Positions 1-9,348 of a DNA stretch of 40,963 nucleotides are shown here, piece by piece. The DNA comes from Candidatus Limnocylindrales bacterium (GTDB lineage Bacteria > Chloroflexota > Limnocylindria > Limnocylindrales > CSP1-4), in contig DASSZA010000247.1 of NCBI GenBank assembly GCA_035703005.1, forward strand, positions 1-40,963, read 5' to 3'. A model generated the notes under the pieces. It did no database searches and was not told the origin of the DNA. It was given only the letters and a program-made list of their open reading frames with translations. The position numbers and the translations under genes are program-made. The first letter of the stretch is position 1, and every line of letters begins with the position of its first letter.

Positions 1-1
1 G

Positions 2-1231
2 GCACGATCCGCACGAACCCGTTCCGCCGCCGGGCGCCGCCTGGACGAGCTGGCGTTCCTCCACGAGATCGCCCGGCTCGCGACCCAGGCGCGCGACTGG
101 GACGAGCTGATGCGCTCCATCGTGGACGGGACGACCGCAGCGATGGGTGTGGAGGTCTGTTCGTTCTACCTCGCGGACCACGAGAAGACGCGCCTCACGC
201 TCGCCGCGACGAACGGGCTCGATCGATCCCAGGTGGGCAGCGTCAGCCTGGCGTGGGGCGAGGGCATCACGGGACGCGTCGCCGCGACGCGTCGACCGAT
301 CGCCGTCGAGGACGTCATGCGGGACGACCGTTTCGCGTGGGTGCGCGGCTTCGATATCGAAGGTCTCGCCGGGATGCTGTCGGTGCCACTGGTGTGGCAC
401 GACGAGGTCGTCGGCGTCCTCAATGTCCAGACGCGCGCGCTCCGCCGGTTCGAGCCGGCAGAGGTCGACCTCCTGCAGACGATCGCGGCCCTACTCGCCG
501 GGATCGTCGAGAAGGGACGCCTGACCGCGGAAGTCGAAGCCCGCCTGGCCCAGCTGACGGCGCTCGACACCGCGCGATCCGAGCTGCTCAGCGTCGTGAC
601 GCACGAACTGCGGACGCCGCTGTCGGTCGTCCGCGTCTATGTCGACCTGCTCGCTGAGGCGGGTGCGGAGAACGCCGACGCCGACGGCTGGCGCGAAGCC
701 GCCAATGATCAGCTCGCGCGGCTCGATCGTCTCGTCGACTCGATCCTCGCGTCGGTTCGCGGTGAGGGCTTGACCGGGCTGTCGCGAGCGCCGTTCGATG
801 CGGTCGGCGCGGTCGATGACGTGGTCGAGACCCTGCGCCTGCTCCTCCGACCCCATCCGATCCGCTGGGACCGTCCGGACGGCCCGATGACAGCGATCGG
901 CGACGAGACGCGGTTCCGGCAGGTGCTCGAGCAGCTGCTGGAGAACGAGTCGAAGTACGCGCCCACCGAGAAGGGTGTGAGCATCGGCATCTGGCGCCTG
1001 GGCGACGAGGTACAGGTGTACGTGACCGACGACGGCCCCGGCGTTTCCGTCGAGGAGTGGGAAAGCGTGTTCGAACCGTTCGTACGTGTCGAAGGCCGCG
1101 GTCGATCGCGCGGATCGGGCATCGGCCTGTTCGCGGCGCGGCGGCTCATGGAGGCCATGGGCGGCCGCGTGTTCCTCGAGCCGAACGGCTACGCGGGCTC
1201 GCGCTTCGTGGTCGCGCTCCCCGCCGGTTGA
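2..1231 (+). CDS. GAF-domain sensor histidine kinase (5' end probably outside the window)
   Basis: The frame is open from the window edge. Residues before the first Met (LDELAFLHEIARLATQARDWDEL) already look like the start of a GAF domain. HisKA H-box THELRTPL; HATPase_c boxes LLENESKYAP, DDGPGV, GSGIGL. No TM segment. Confidence 0.85.
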   Translation, partial: ARSARTRSAAGRRLDELAFLHEIARLATQARDWDELMRSIVDGTTAAMGVEVCSFYLADHEKTRLTLAATNGLDRSQVGSVSLAWGEGITGRVAATRRPIAVEDVMRDDRFAWVRGFDIEGLAGMLSVPLVWHDEVVGVLNVQTRALRRFEPAEVDLLQTIAALLAGIVEKGRLTAEVEARLAQLTALDTARSELLSVVTHELRTPLSVVRVYVDLLAEAGAENADADGWREAANDQLARLDRLVDSILASVRGEGLTGLSRAPFDAVGAVDDVVETLRLLLRPHPIRWDRPDGPMTAIGDETRFRQVLEQLLENESKYAPTEKGVSIGIWRLGDEVQVYVTDDGPGVSVEEWESVFEPFVRVEGRGRSRGSGIGLFAARRLMEAMGGRVFLEPNGYAGSRFVVALPAG

Positions 1232-1269
1232 CCGTTGACGCCGGGCGTGGCGGCGAGCAGAGTCGCGTC

Positions 1270-1437
1270 ATGCCGAGCCCCTTCGACGGTGCGGGAGAGC
1301 CCTACCGAGGCCCGCGATTCCGTGGTCCGATCATCGCGGCCATCGTGTGCATCGTCGTGATCGCGATCATCTGGCTCGCATACAGCGCGGCGCTCAACGT
1401 GCTTCCACCAGGGACGATCCCGGAGCCGCGGTTCTAG
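1270..1437 (+). CDS. Small hypothetical single-pass membrane protein (55 aa)
   Basis: Internal ATG of track ORF 1057..1437. Hydrophobic stretch IIAAIVCIVVIAIIWLAYSAAL. No clear SD. Its stop overlaps the stop of the convergent gene within a CTAG. Confidence 0.3.
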   Translation: MPSPFDGAGEPYRGPRFRGPIIAAIVCIVVIAIIWLAYSAALNVLPPGTIPEPRF

Positions 1438-1961
1438 CCGGCGGCCTCGCTCGCGACACGGATCTCGGTCAGTAGGTCCTGGCCTGCGGCGTACACGGTG
1501 GACAACGGGTGGCGCCCCCCGCGCAACGCTGACTCAGGTGCCGCAGCGCTGAAGCCATCGTCCCCGATCCGCGCCTGGAACCGAACCTCGCCGGGCTCTG
1601 GAAGCGGGAAGTCCGTGCTGCGCGTGAGCACGCCGCGTGCATCGGCGATGACCGTGCGGAAGCGCGCCGCCTCGGCTCGGACTGCCGCATGTTCGCCGGC
1701 GCCGATGACGCCACCGCCCGTGCTCGTGTACATGCTCACCGTCCCGTCGGCGATGGCGACGATCGACGCGACGGCTCGGTCCATCCCGATCTCCATCATC
1801 GCGACGCCGGCGCCACTCCACGGCTCCTCAGCCGGCGTGTGGAGTGTCGCAAGGTCGACGGTCAGCGCCATCGACCGCAGGTCCGCGAAGATCGGCTTCG
1901 GCGGGCGCTGACCTCGGATCCGCCCCCAGGTCTCCTTGAACCGTTCGAGCCAGGTCGTCAT
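1434..1961 (-). CDS. Hypothetical protein (175 aa), likely co-transcribed with add
   Basis: Track ORF with non-repetitive, non-Arg-biased composition. It starts 8 nt after the add stop on the same strand. No family recognised by eye. Confidence 0.6.
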   Translation of the reverse strand: MTTWLERFKETWGRIRGQRPPKPIFADLRSMALTVDLATLHTPAEEPWSGAGVAMMEIGMDRAVASIVAIADGTVSMYTSTGGGVIGAGEHAAVRAEAARFRTVIADARGVLTRSTDFPLPEPGEVRFQARIGDDGFSAAAPESALRGGRHPLSTVYAAGQDLLTEIRVASEAAG

Positions 1962-1969
1962 CGGACGCG

Positions 1970-3079
1970 TCAGACCGCGCTGGTCACCACCCGCGTCTCC
2001 TCCGCACGAAGACGCGCGTAGCCCGGTTTCACGACCTCGTTGATGAGCCGCAGCCGCTCATCGAACGGCGCGAATGCCGACTTCAGCGCATTGATCGTCA
2101 GCCATTCCATCTCACCCAGCCCGATCGAGAACGCTTCATCGAGGGCGGCGAACTCGCTCGAAAGCGTCACGCCGCTCATCAGGCGGTTGTCGGTGTTGAG
2201 GGTGACGCGGAAGCGGAGCCGGCGCAGCAGGTCGATGGGATGCTCCGCGATCGACGGGGCTGCCGCGGTGTGGACGTTCGACGTCGGACACAGCTCGAGC
2301 GGGACGCGCCGGTCGCGCACGAACGCCGACAGTCGACCGAGCCCGACCGAGCCGTCGTCACGGACCGTGATGTCGTCGACGATGCGGACACCGTGCCCGA
2401 GCCGCTCGGCACCGCACCACTGGAGTGCTTCCCAGATCGACGGCAGCCCGAACGACTCGCCGGCGTGGATCGTGATGTGGAAGTTCTCGCGGCGGACGTA
2501 CTCGAACGCGTCGAGGTGCTGCGTCGGCCGATAGCCGGCCTCTGGCCCGGCGATGTCGAAGCCCACCACGCCAGCGTCCCGCCACCGGACAGCGCACTCG
2601 GCGACCTCGACCGAGCGGGCCGCCTGGCGCATCGCCGTGACCAGCATCTTCATGACGATCGGGTGACCAGCGGCTTCTGCGTTCCGTGCCCCGATCGAGA
2701 AGCCCTCGAGGTTCGCGGCGACCACCTCGTCGAGCGTCAGGCCACGTTCCGTGGAAAGCTCCGGTGCATAGCGGACCTCGGCGTAGACCAGGCCGTCCGC
2801 GGCCAGGTCCTCGGCACACTCGGCCGCGACACGGATGATGGCGTCCTTCTCTTGCATGACGCCGACCGTGTGCTGGAACGTCTCGAGGTAGAGCTCGAGC
2901 GACTTTCGATCGGCGCCACGGCGGATGTGCGTCGCGAGCTCGTCGGGATCGGCTGTCGGAAGCCCGTCGTACCCGAATTCAGCCGCCAGGTCGACGATCG
3001 TCGAGGGGCGCAACCCGCCGTCGAGATGATCGTGGAGCATGGCCTTCGGGGCCTCGCGGATCGTCTCGGCGCGCAGCAT
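1970..3079 (-). CDS. add: Adenosine deaminase
   Basis: Motifs [21 protein letters not shown] and [10 protein letters not shown], typical of the adenosine/AMP deaminase metal-dependent hydrolase fold. Confidence 0.9.
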   Translation of the reverse strand: MLRAETIREAPKAMLHDHLDGGLRPSTIVDLAAEFGYDGLPTADPDELATHIRRGADRKSLELYLETFQHTVGVMQEKDAIIRVAAECAEDLAADGLVYAEVRYAPELSTERGLTLDEVVAANLEGFSIGARNAEAAGHPIVMKMLVTAMRQAARSVEVAECAVRWRDAGVVGFDIAGPEAGYRPTQHLDAFEYVRRENFHITIHAGESFGLPSIWEALQWCGAERLGHGVRIVDDITVRDDGSVGLGRLSAFVRDRRVPLELCPTSNVHTAAAPSIAEHPIDLLRRLRFRVTLNTDNRLMSGVTLSSEFAALDEAFSIGLGEMEWLTINALKSAFAPFDERLRLINEVVKPGYARLRAEETRVVTSAV

Positions 3080-3089
3080 GGTGGCCGCG

Positions 3090-3095
3090 ATGGTA
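3090..3095 (-). promoter_or_regulatory. Candidate -10 box TACCAT, 10 nt upstream of the add ATG (very short leader)
   Basis: Minus strand reads CTGTACCATCGCGGCCACC-ATG. Confidence 0.3.
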
Positions 3096-3201
3096 CAGGG
3101 GTGAGAAGGCTTCGACCCGGTCGGGTTGACCCTTCGCCCTAGCGCGGCGCACCCTTACCCTGAGGGGATCGATGGAAGCCGCATCAGGGGGAGCTCCTCG
3201 C

Positions 3202-3963
3202 ATGACCCACCATCGACGCCGCCCGACCTCCCGTCGGATCTTGCTTTCGGCCGTCCTGCTCGGGGTGCTCGCCGTCGGCCTGACCGCATTGCCGGTCGCC
3301 GCAGCGGGTTCCGACACGTACCGGGACTGCTCCAAGATCACGGTCGCCGCCGGCGCGGACCTGCACCGCTGCGACATGGCCGACGCCACCATCATCGGGA
3401 TGGATCTGCACGGGATCAACGTCGCGTGGTCCGACCTGTCGCGAGTCAACGGCGGGTGCGATCCCGACCTGCCACGGACGAACCTGAACGCTGCGATCGC
3501 CTACCGGGCACTCTTCGTCGACGCGAAGCTGTGCGACGCCATCCTCACCGGCGCGGACCTGCACGGCAGCGACCTGACCCGCGCCGCGCTCGAGGACGCC
3601 AGCCTCAACGGCGCGAACCTGTCGGGGGCCGTCATGACCGGCGCCGGCGCGGCGTTCGCCCCGTTCGACGATGCCAACCTCGCGAACGTCAGCTGGCGCA
3701 ACGGCTTCGCGAACGGTGCCTCGTTCGACGCAGGCGATCTGCATAGGATCGATCTCCGAGGGACGGACCTTCGAACGGCGAGCTTCGTCGGCACGGATCT
3801 CCGTTACGCGCGGCTCGGTGGCGTCGACCTCAGCGGTGCCGATCTGACCGGAGCGAACTGGCGCGGCGCGACGGGCCTCGGCTCAGCCACCTTCTCGAAT
3901 ACGACCTGCCCGGACGGGACGAACAGCGACACGAACCAAGGCGGGACCTGCGTCGGTCACTGA
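3202..3963 (+). CDS. Secreted pentapeptide-repeat protein
   Basis: GGGGGAG SD at 3187-3193, 8 nt before the ATG at 3202 (the track start 3172 is less likely). N-terminal RRRPTSRRILLSAVLLGVLAVGLTALPVAAAGS signal, possibly Tat-like. Body made of A(D/N)LxG-type pentapeptide repeats (ADLHGSDLTRAALEDASLNGANLSGAVMTGA...). Confidence 0.8.
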   Translation: MTHHRRRPTSRRILLSAVLLGVLAVGLTALPVAAAGSDTYRDCSKITVAAGADLHRCDMADATIIGMDLHGINVAWSDLSRVNGGCDPDLPRTNLNAAIAYRALFVDAKLCDAILTGADLHGSDLTRAALEDASLNGANLSGAVMTGAGAAFAPFDDANLANVSWRNGFANGASFDAGDLHRIDLRGTDLRTASFVGTDLRYARLGGVDLSGADLTGANWRGATGLGSATFSNTTCPDGTNSDTNQGGTCVGH

Positions 3964-3996
3964 TCTGGGCGGCGTCCTGGGTCGGTCGAACGCCGG

Positions 3997-5415
3997 TCAG
4001 CGCTCCTCGAGCCGGCGTCGGGCGGCAGCGAGCGCCTCGGCCACCCGGGTCGGGGCCGTCCCGCCGATGACATCGCACGACGCGAGCGCGCCGTCGACCG
4101 ACGCCGCACCGCGAACGACCTCGCCGATCGTCTCGTCGGCGGCGAGCGTCTGAGCGGTCGCGTCGCCTGCCGCGCCCAGCGCGAGTCCGATCATCGAGTC
4201 GGGCACCTCGTCGAGCCGGAGGCCGGCTTCCTCGGCCTGCGCCACGAGTGCGCCGACGATGTGGTGTGCAGAACGGAACGGGATGCCGCGGCGGACCAGC
4301 GCGTCGGCGACGGCCGTCGCGGTCGTGTACCCCTCGTCGGCGGCGGCACGCATCCGCTCCCGGTCGACCGACAGCGTGTCGAGGAGTCCGCCCATGACGC
4401 CGAGCGATGATGCATACACGGCCACCGCGTCGAACAGCGGCGCCTTGTCCTCCTGCAGGTCGCGCTGGTACGCCAGCGGCAGGCCCTTGACCAGCGCCAG
4501 CAACCCAGCCTGCGCGCCGATGACCCGCGCCGCGCGCCCACGCACGAGCTCGGCGGGATCCGGGTTCTTCTTGTTCGGCATGACCGACGATCCGGTCGAG
4601 AACGCGTCACTGACCCGGATGAACCCGAAGCGCGGGTTCGACCACCAGGTGATCTCCTCCGCCAGCCGGCTGAGGTGGACCATCCCGAGCGCGATCGCGC
4701 CGACGAGCTCGATGACGAAATCGCGGTCGCTCACCGCGTCGAGGGAGTTGGCGGTGACGCCGTCGAAGCCGAGCTCGGCGGCCGTCTCTTCGCGGTCGAG
4801 CGGGAACCCGGCACCGGCCAGCGGCCCGGATCCAAGCGGGGACACATTCACCCGGCGTCGCGCATCGGCAAGTCGCGCGCGGTCGCGTTCGGCCATCTCG
4901 ACGTAGGCGAGCAGGTGGTGGGCGAACAGCACGGGTTGCGCCGGCTGGATGTGCGTCGTCCCGGGAAGGATCGCGGTCCCCTCCCGCTCCGCCAGCGCGA
5001 CGAGCGAACCCTCGAAGCCGAGCACCGCCTCGTCCAGCCGGTCGATCGCACGACGCGACCACAGCCGCAGATCCGTCGCGACCTGATCGTTCCGCGACCG
5101 ACCCGTCTGCAGCTTGCCGGCGACCGGCCCGATCCGGTCTGCCAGCGCGGACTCGAGGTTCAGATGCACATCCTCGAGGTCGGGATCCCAGGCGAGCGAG
5201 CCGTTCGCGACGTCAAGTGCCAGTCCCTCGAGACCACCGATAAGCTCGGAGACCTCGTCGTCGGTCAACAGCCCCGCCCGACCGAGCGCGCGGACGTGCG
5301 CGATGGACCCCGCGATGTCGTCGGCTGCCAGCTCGCGGTCGAGCTCGATCGAACGCGTGAAGTCGGCGACGCGCTGGTCGTTCTCCTCCGCGAAGCGGCC
5401 ACCCCAAAGGCGCAT
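3997..5415 (-). CDS. argH: Argininosuccinate lyase
   Basis: MRLWGGRF N-terminus; fumarate-lyase signature GSSVMPNKKNPD. GGGAAGGAGGGG SD immediately upstream of the ATG at 5415. The track extension to 5724 is antisense to the GH13 gene. Confidence 0.93.
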   Translation of the reverse strand: MRLWGGRFAEENDQRVADFTRSIELDRELAADDIAGSIAHVRALGRAGLLTDDEVSELIGGLEGLALDVANGSLAWDPDLEDVHLNLESALADRIGPVAGKLQTGRSRNDQVATDLRLWSRRAIDRLDEAVLGFEGSLVALAEREGTAILPGTTHIQPAQPVLFAHHLLAYVEMAERDRARLADARRRVNVSPLGSGPLAGAGFPLDREETAAELGFDGVTANSLDAVSDRDFVIELVGAIALGMVHLSRLAEEITWWSNPRFGFIRVSDAFSTGSSVMPNKKNPDPAELVRGRAARVIGAQAGLLALVKGLPLAYQRDLQEDKAPLFDAVAVYASSLGVMGGLLDTLSVDRERMRAAADEGYTTATAVADALVRRGIPFRSAHHIVGALVAQAEEAGLRLDEVPDSMIGLALGAAGDATAQTLAADETIGEVVRGAASVDGALASCDVIGGTAPTRVAEALAAARRRLEER

Positions 5416-5445
5416 GCACCCCTCCTTCCCCGTCATGCTACCGGC

Positions 5446-7089
5446 ATGACCGAACCGACTCCGTGGTGGCGCCACGCCGTCGTCTATCAGATCTACATCC
5501 GAAGCTTCGCCGATAGCGATGGCGACGGGGTCGGCGATATCGCCGGCATACGGTCGCGGCTCGCCTATCTGCGCGATCTGGGTGTCGACGCGATCTGGGT
5601 CAACCCGTGGTACCCGTCGCCGATGGTCGATGGCGGATACGACGTCTCGGATTACCGTTCGATCGATCCGACGTTCGGCACGATGGACGAGGCCCTCGCC
5701 CTCATCGACGACGCGCACGCGCACGGGCTACGGATCCTCCTCGACATCGTCCCGAACCACACGTCGAACCAGCATCCATGGTTCCAAGAGGCCCTCGCGA
5801 GTCCGCCCGGGAGTCCCGCCCGCGCGCGCTACATCTTCCGCGAGGGCAAGGGGCGCGACGGTGAGCTGCCACCGACCGACTGGCCGAGCGTGTTCGGCGG
5901 CCCGGCCTGGACGCGCGTCACCGAATCGGATGGCCGGCCCGGTCAGTGGTACCTCCACCTCTTCGCGCCCGAGCAGCCGGATCTCGACTGGTCGAACCCG
6001 GAGGTCGCCGACGAGTTCGACTCGATCCTGCGGTTCTGGTACGAGCGCGGCGTCGACGGCTTCCGGATCGACGTCGCCCACGGCCTCGTCAAGGACCCCT
6101 CCTTCCCCGACTTGCGCGGCTCCTCGCCGAAGTCACTCATCCACCCCGGCCCGTACTGGGACCAGGAAGGGGTGCACGACATCTACCGGCGCTGGCGGGC
6201 CGTAGCGCAGGAGTTTGGCGACCGTCCCTTCGTTGGTGAGGTGTTCGTGTCCTCGGCCGAGCGGCTGGCTCGCTACGTACGACCCGACGAGCTGCACACG
6301 GCGTTCGACTTCCGGTTCCTGCAGGCCGGCTGGGATGCCGCCCGACTCCGGAGGGAGATCGACGACAACCTGCGGTCGGTCGGGCCGGTCGGTGCGCCGG
6401 CGACGTGGGTCCTCTCGAACCACGATCAAGCGCGGCACGTGACCCGCTTCGGCCGTCCGCGGACGGCCGATGTCGGTGTGGTCGAATCGGCGGGTGCAGG
6501 GGTCGCACCGCCGCCCGCGTCGGACGTGGAGCTCGGCCGGCGACGCGCTCGCGCCGCGTTGCTCCTTCTCCTCGCGCTACCTGGAACGGCGTATCTCTAC
6601 CAGGGCGAGGAGCTCGGGCTCGAGGAGGTCGAGGACCTGCCCGAGGAAGTCCTCCAGGATCCGACCTGGCTCCGCTCCGGGCACACGATCCGTGGACGCG
6701 ATGGCTCGCGCGTCCCGCTGCCATGGTCGGGGACCGAGCCGCCGTTCGGGTTCGGACCCCCGGGCACCAAACCCTGGCTGCCTCAACCGGAGAGCTGGCG
6801 CGACCGGACCGTCGAGGCGGAGACCGGTCGGCCGGATTCGGTGCTCGAGCTGTATCGGGCGGCGCTCCATCTGCGCCGGGAGCATCTCGGCTTCCGTGGC
6901 ACGGGTATGGCCTGGCTGCCGGCGCCCGACGAGGTCCTGCGGTTCGACCGCCCGGGCGGCATCGAGACGGTCGTCAACCTCGGCTCTGAGCCGATCGAGC
7001 TGCCTGCGGGCAGGCCCGTGCTGTTGGCCAGCGAGCCACTCCCGGAGAGTGGCGACCTCCCGCCCGATACGGCGGTCTGGCTCGGCTAG
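5446..7089 (+). CDS. GH13 alpha-glucosidase / oligo-1,6-glucosidase-like enzyme
   Basis: WWRHAVVYQIYIRSFADSDGDGVGDIAGI, GVDAIWVNPWY, GVDGFRIDVAHGL, LSNHDQARH. Start is Met258 of track ORF 4675..7089. Confidence 0.9.
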   Translation: MTEPTPWWRHAVVYQIYIRSFADSDGDGVGDIAGIRSRLAYLRDLGVDAIWVNPWYPSPMVDGGYDVSDYRSIDPTFGTMDEALALIDDAHAHGLRILLDIVPNHTSNQHPWFQEALASPPGSPARARYIFREGKGRDGELPPTDWPSVFGGPAWTRVTESDGRPGQWYLHLFAPEQPDLDWSNPEVADEFDSILRFWYERGVDGFRIDVAHGLVKDPSFPDLRGSSPKSLIHPGPYWDQEGVHDIYRRWRAVAQEFGDRPFVGEVFVSSAERLARYVRPDELHTAFDFRFLQAGWDAARLRREIDDNLRSVGPVGAPATWVLSNHDQARHVTRFGRPRTADVGVVESAGAGVAPPPASDVELGRRRARAALLLLLALPGTAYLYQGEELGLEEVEDLPEEVLQDPTWLRSGHTIRGRDGSRVPLPWSGTEPPFGFGPPGTKPWLPQPESWRDRTVEAETGRPDSVLELYRAALHLRREHLGFRGTGMAWLPAPDEVLRFDRPGGIETVVNLGSEPIELPAGRPVLLASEPLPESGDLPPDTAVWLG

Positions 7090-8279
7090 CGCGTCTCGCG
7101 TAGGGGCGCGAGACGCGTCCGAGCGTCACGCGGGAAGACGAACCAGCCGAGCGTCGCGGCGATGATCGCGAGAACGAGGCCCAGACCGAACACCGCCGCA
7201 TGGCCGATGTTCGCGTACAGGAGTCCGCCGACCATGTTCGCCACGATCGCACCGAGCCCGAACCCGAAGGTCTGGTAGAGCGACTGGCCGGTCGCCTGGA
7301 GCTCGGACGGGAGGAGTCGGGCGATCGTGAGGACGACGCACACCAGGATCCAGGCGAAGGCGACGCCGCTGACGAGCCGGGTCGCGATGATCAGCGGCGC
7401 GGAGTCCAGCACGATCCACGAGGCCGAGACCGCGCCGTACAGCAATGCGCTGCCGGCGAACAGGCCGCGCAACCCGACCCACTGGGCGACTCGCGCCGCG
7501 ACGAGCATCGCCGGGATCTCCGCGACCGCCGACACGCCCGCCGACAGCGCGACATCCGACGGCGGGCTGCCGAGATCGCCGAGCCGCAGGGGCAGATACG
7601 TGAACCCGCTGATGATCGTGATGTTGATGAGCATCACCGCGACCAGCACGGCGCCGAGACGCGGAGCGACGCGAAGCGCCACGCCGGCTGACCCCAGCCA
7701 CGGTCGCGACCGCGGAGTGGCGGCGGATCGATGTCCGGACGCCGCGAGGTCGGCCCGCCCGATGTCGGGGACGCGGCTCGCTGCCGCCGCGATGACCAGG
7801 GCGGCCACGACGCCAAGGACGTACGCGGCCTCGAATCCGGCCGCGTCATACAGGAATCCGGCAGCGATCGAGGAGATGGCGAATGAGAGACTCGTGAGCA
7901 GTCGGACGCGGCCGTAGCCCTGCCGATCGACCAGGTTGACGGTCAGCGCGTCGGCGAGCGGCTGCCACGACGACTCGAAGATCCAAAAGGCCATGAACAG
8001 CAGCGCGATGACGAAGGGCGGCCACGCGCCGATGAGCGCCCCGACGGCGACGGCCCCACCGATCGCGCACACCTGGAGGGTCCGGGCCCGCCCCAGCCGC
8101 ACGTCCGCGATGTGGCCCCACGCCGGGACCGCGAGGGTGAACCCGAACGCCCCGACCGAGGCGATGAGGCCGATCTGCGCCGGGCCGAAGCCGCGGCTGG
8201 CGAGGATCACCGGAATGAACGGGTAGAAGACGCCGAGCGCCACGCCGAGCGCCAGGACGACGAGGCGCAACGCGATCAC
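7086..8279 (-). CDS. MFS transporter (about 12 TM)
   Basis: Hydrophobic throughout from VIALRLVVLALGVALGVFYPF. GTG at 8279 is preceded by TATCCT plus 6 nt. The track extension to 8552 is antisense to the Walker A of the ABC gene (LPAPFGP). Confidence 0.8.
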   Translation of the reverse strand: MIALRLVVLALGVALGVFYPFIPVILASRGFGPAQIGLIASVGAFGFTLAVPAWGHIADVRLGRARTLQVCAIGGAVAVGALIGAWPPFVIALLFMAFWIFESSWQPLADALTVNLVDRQGYGRVRLLTSLSFAISSIAAGFLYDAAGFEAAYVLGVVAALVIAAAASRVPDIGRADLAASGHRSAATPRSRPWLGSAGVALRVAPRLGAVLVAVMLINITIISGFTYLPLRLGDLGSPPSDVALSAGVSAVAEIPAMLVAARVAQWVGLRGLFAGSALLYGAVSASWIVLDSAPLIIATRLVSGVAFAWILVCVVLTIARLLPSELQATGQSLYQTFGFGLGAIVANMVGGLLYANIGHAAVFGLGLVLAIIAATLGWFVFPRDARTRLAPLRETR

Positions 8280-8285
8280 CGCGGG

Positions 8286-8291
8286 AGGATA
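8286..8291 (-). promoter_or_regulatory. Candidate -10 box TATCCT, 6 nt upstream of GTG 8279 (leaderless-type)
   Basis: Minus strand reads CGGTATCCTCCCGCG-GTG. Confidence 0.45.
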
Positions 8292-8370
8292 CCGGCGCGC
8301 CTGGCCCCTCGTCGGATCCACCGATGGCGGTACGCCGACCGCGGCGGTCCCGATACGCGACACTTCGGAC

Positions 8371-9348
8371 GTGGACGCATCGCCCGAGTCGACCGAACTC
8401 GCCCTCACCGCCGATAGCCTCGGCCGTGCGTTCGATGATCGCTGGGCGGTCCGGGGCGTGAGTCTCGCGGTCCATCGCGGCGAGGTCGTCGGGCTCCTCG
8501 GACCGAATGGCGCCGGCAAGACGACGACCGTCCGGATGCTCACGGCACTCATCCGCCCGTCCGAGGGGACCGCGACGGTCGACGGCTTCGATGTCCGTCA
8601 GGATCCGGAATCCGTCCGGACCCGCGTCGGCATCCTGACCGAGACGCCGGGGCTGTACGACAAGCTGTCGGCGACTGCGAACCTCGACTTCTTCGGCCGG
8701 TTGTACGGGTTGAGGGCCGAGGTCCGCGCGGAGCGCATCGAACGCTACCTGCGGCTGTTCTCGCTCTGGGACCGGCGCGACGACCTCGCGGCGACGTTCA
8801 GCAAGGGGATGAAGCAGAAGCTCGCGATCGCGCGCGCGCTGCTCCACGACCCGTCGGTCGTGTTCCTCGACGAACCGACGGCGGCCCTCGACCCGGAGGC
8901 GGCGTTCATCGTCCGGGAAGCCATCGAGACGCTTCGCAAGGCCGGACGGACGATCGTCCTCGCGACGCACAACCTCGACGAGGCGGATCGGTTGTGCGAC
9001 CGCATCGCCTTCATCCGGGGCGGGCTGCTGCGGATCGATTCACCCGCGGCCCTGCGCGGGGCGCTCGGCGGTCACGGGCTGTCCGTGCGTCTCCGCGAAG
9101 CGCCATCGGCAGACCAGCTCGGCGCGCTTCGTGCCATCCCGGCGGTCCGCAGTACCGAGATGGCCGACGGCCTCCTCCAGGTCGGCGCTGACGAACCCGA
9201 GACCGTCGCACCCGAGGTCGTCCGGGCGCTCGTCACGAGCGGCGCCGACATCGTGGAGGTGCGACCCGAGCAGCCGTCGCTCGAACGCGTCTACTTCGAG
9301 ATCATGGGCGTCACGCCCGGCGCCGACAGCCTCGAGGACCACGTCTGA
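8371..9348 (+). CDS. ABC transporter ATP-binding protein (ABC-2 type)
   Basis: Walker A GPNGAGKTTT, signature SKGMKQKL, Walker B VFLDEPT. GTG start. Confidence 0.9.
   Translation: MDASPESTELALTADSLGRAFDDRWAVRGVSLAVHRGEVVGLLGPNGAGKTTTVRMLTALIRPSEGTATVDGFDVRQDPESVRTRVGILTETPGLYDKLSATANLDFFGRLYGLRAEVRAERIERYLRLFSLWDRRDDLAATFSKGMKQKLAIARALLHDPSVVFLDEPTAALDPEAAFIVREAIETLRKAGRTIVLATHNLDEADRLCDRIAFIRGGLLRIDSPAALRGALGGHGLSVRLREAPSADQLGALRAIPAVRSTEMADGLLQVGADEPETVAPEVVRALVTSGADIVEVRPEQPSLERVYFEIMGVTPGADSLEDHV

Noticed and set aside
1434-1437. Convergent stop codons sharing a CTAG tetranucleotide (also at 7086-7089)
   Set aside because: This is a trivial consequence of TAG stops on both strands. It is noted only because it leaves no terminator space and weakens confidence in the small ORF 1270..1437.
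4675-5445. 5' extensions of track ORFs. Examples: the GH13 ORF starting at 4675, argH to 5724, MFS to 8552, ATPase to 15431, KS from 25280, ligase-like from 32110, natA to 35942, CHAD from 38751
   Set aside because: The extensions overlap the neighbouring gene on the other strand or frame and lack family similarity. Internal starts with an SD, a -10 box or an overlap-coupling context fit the family N-termini.
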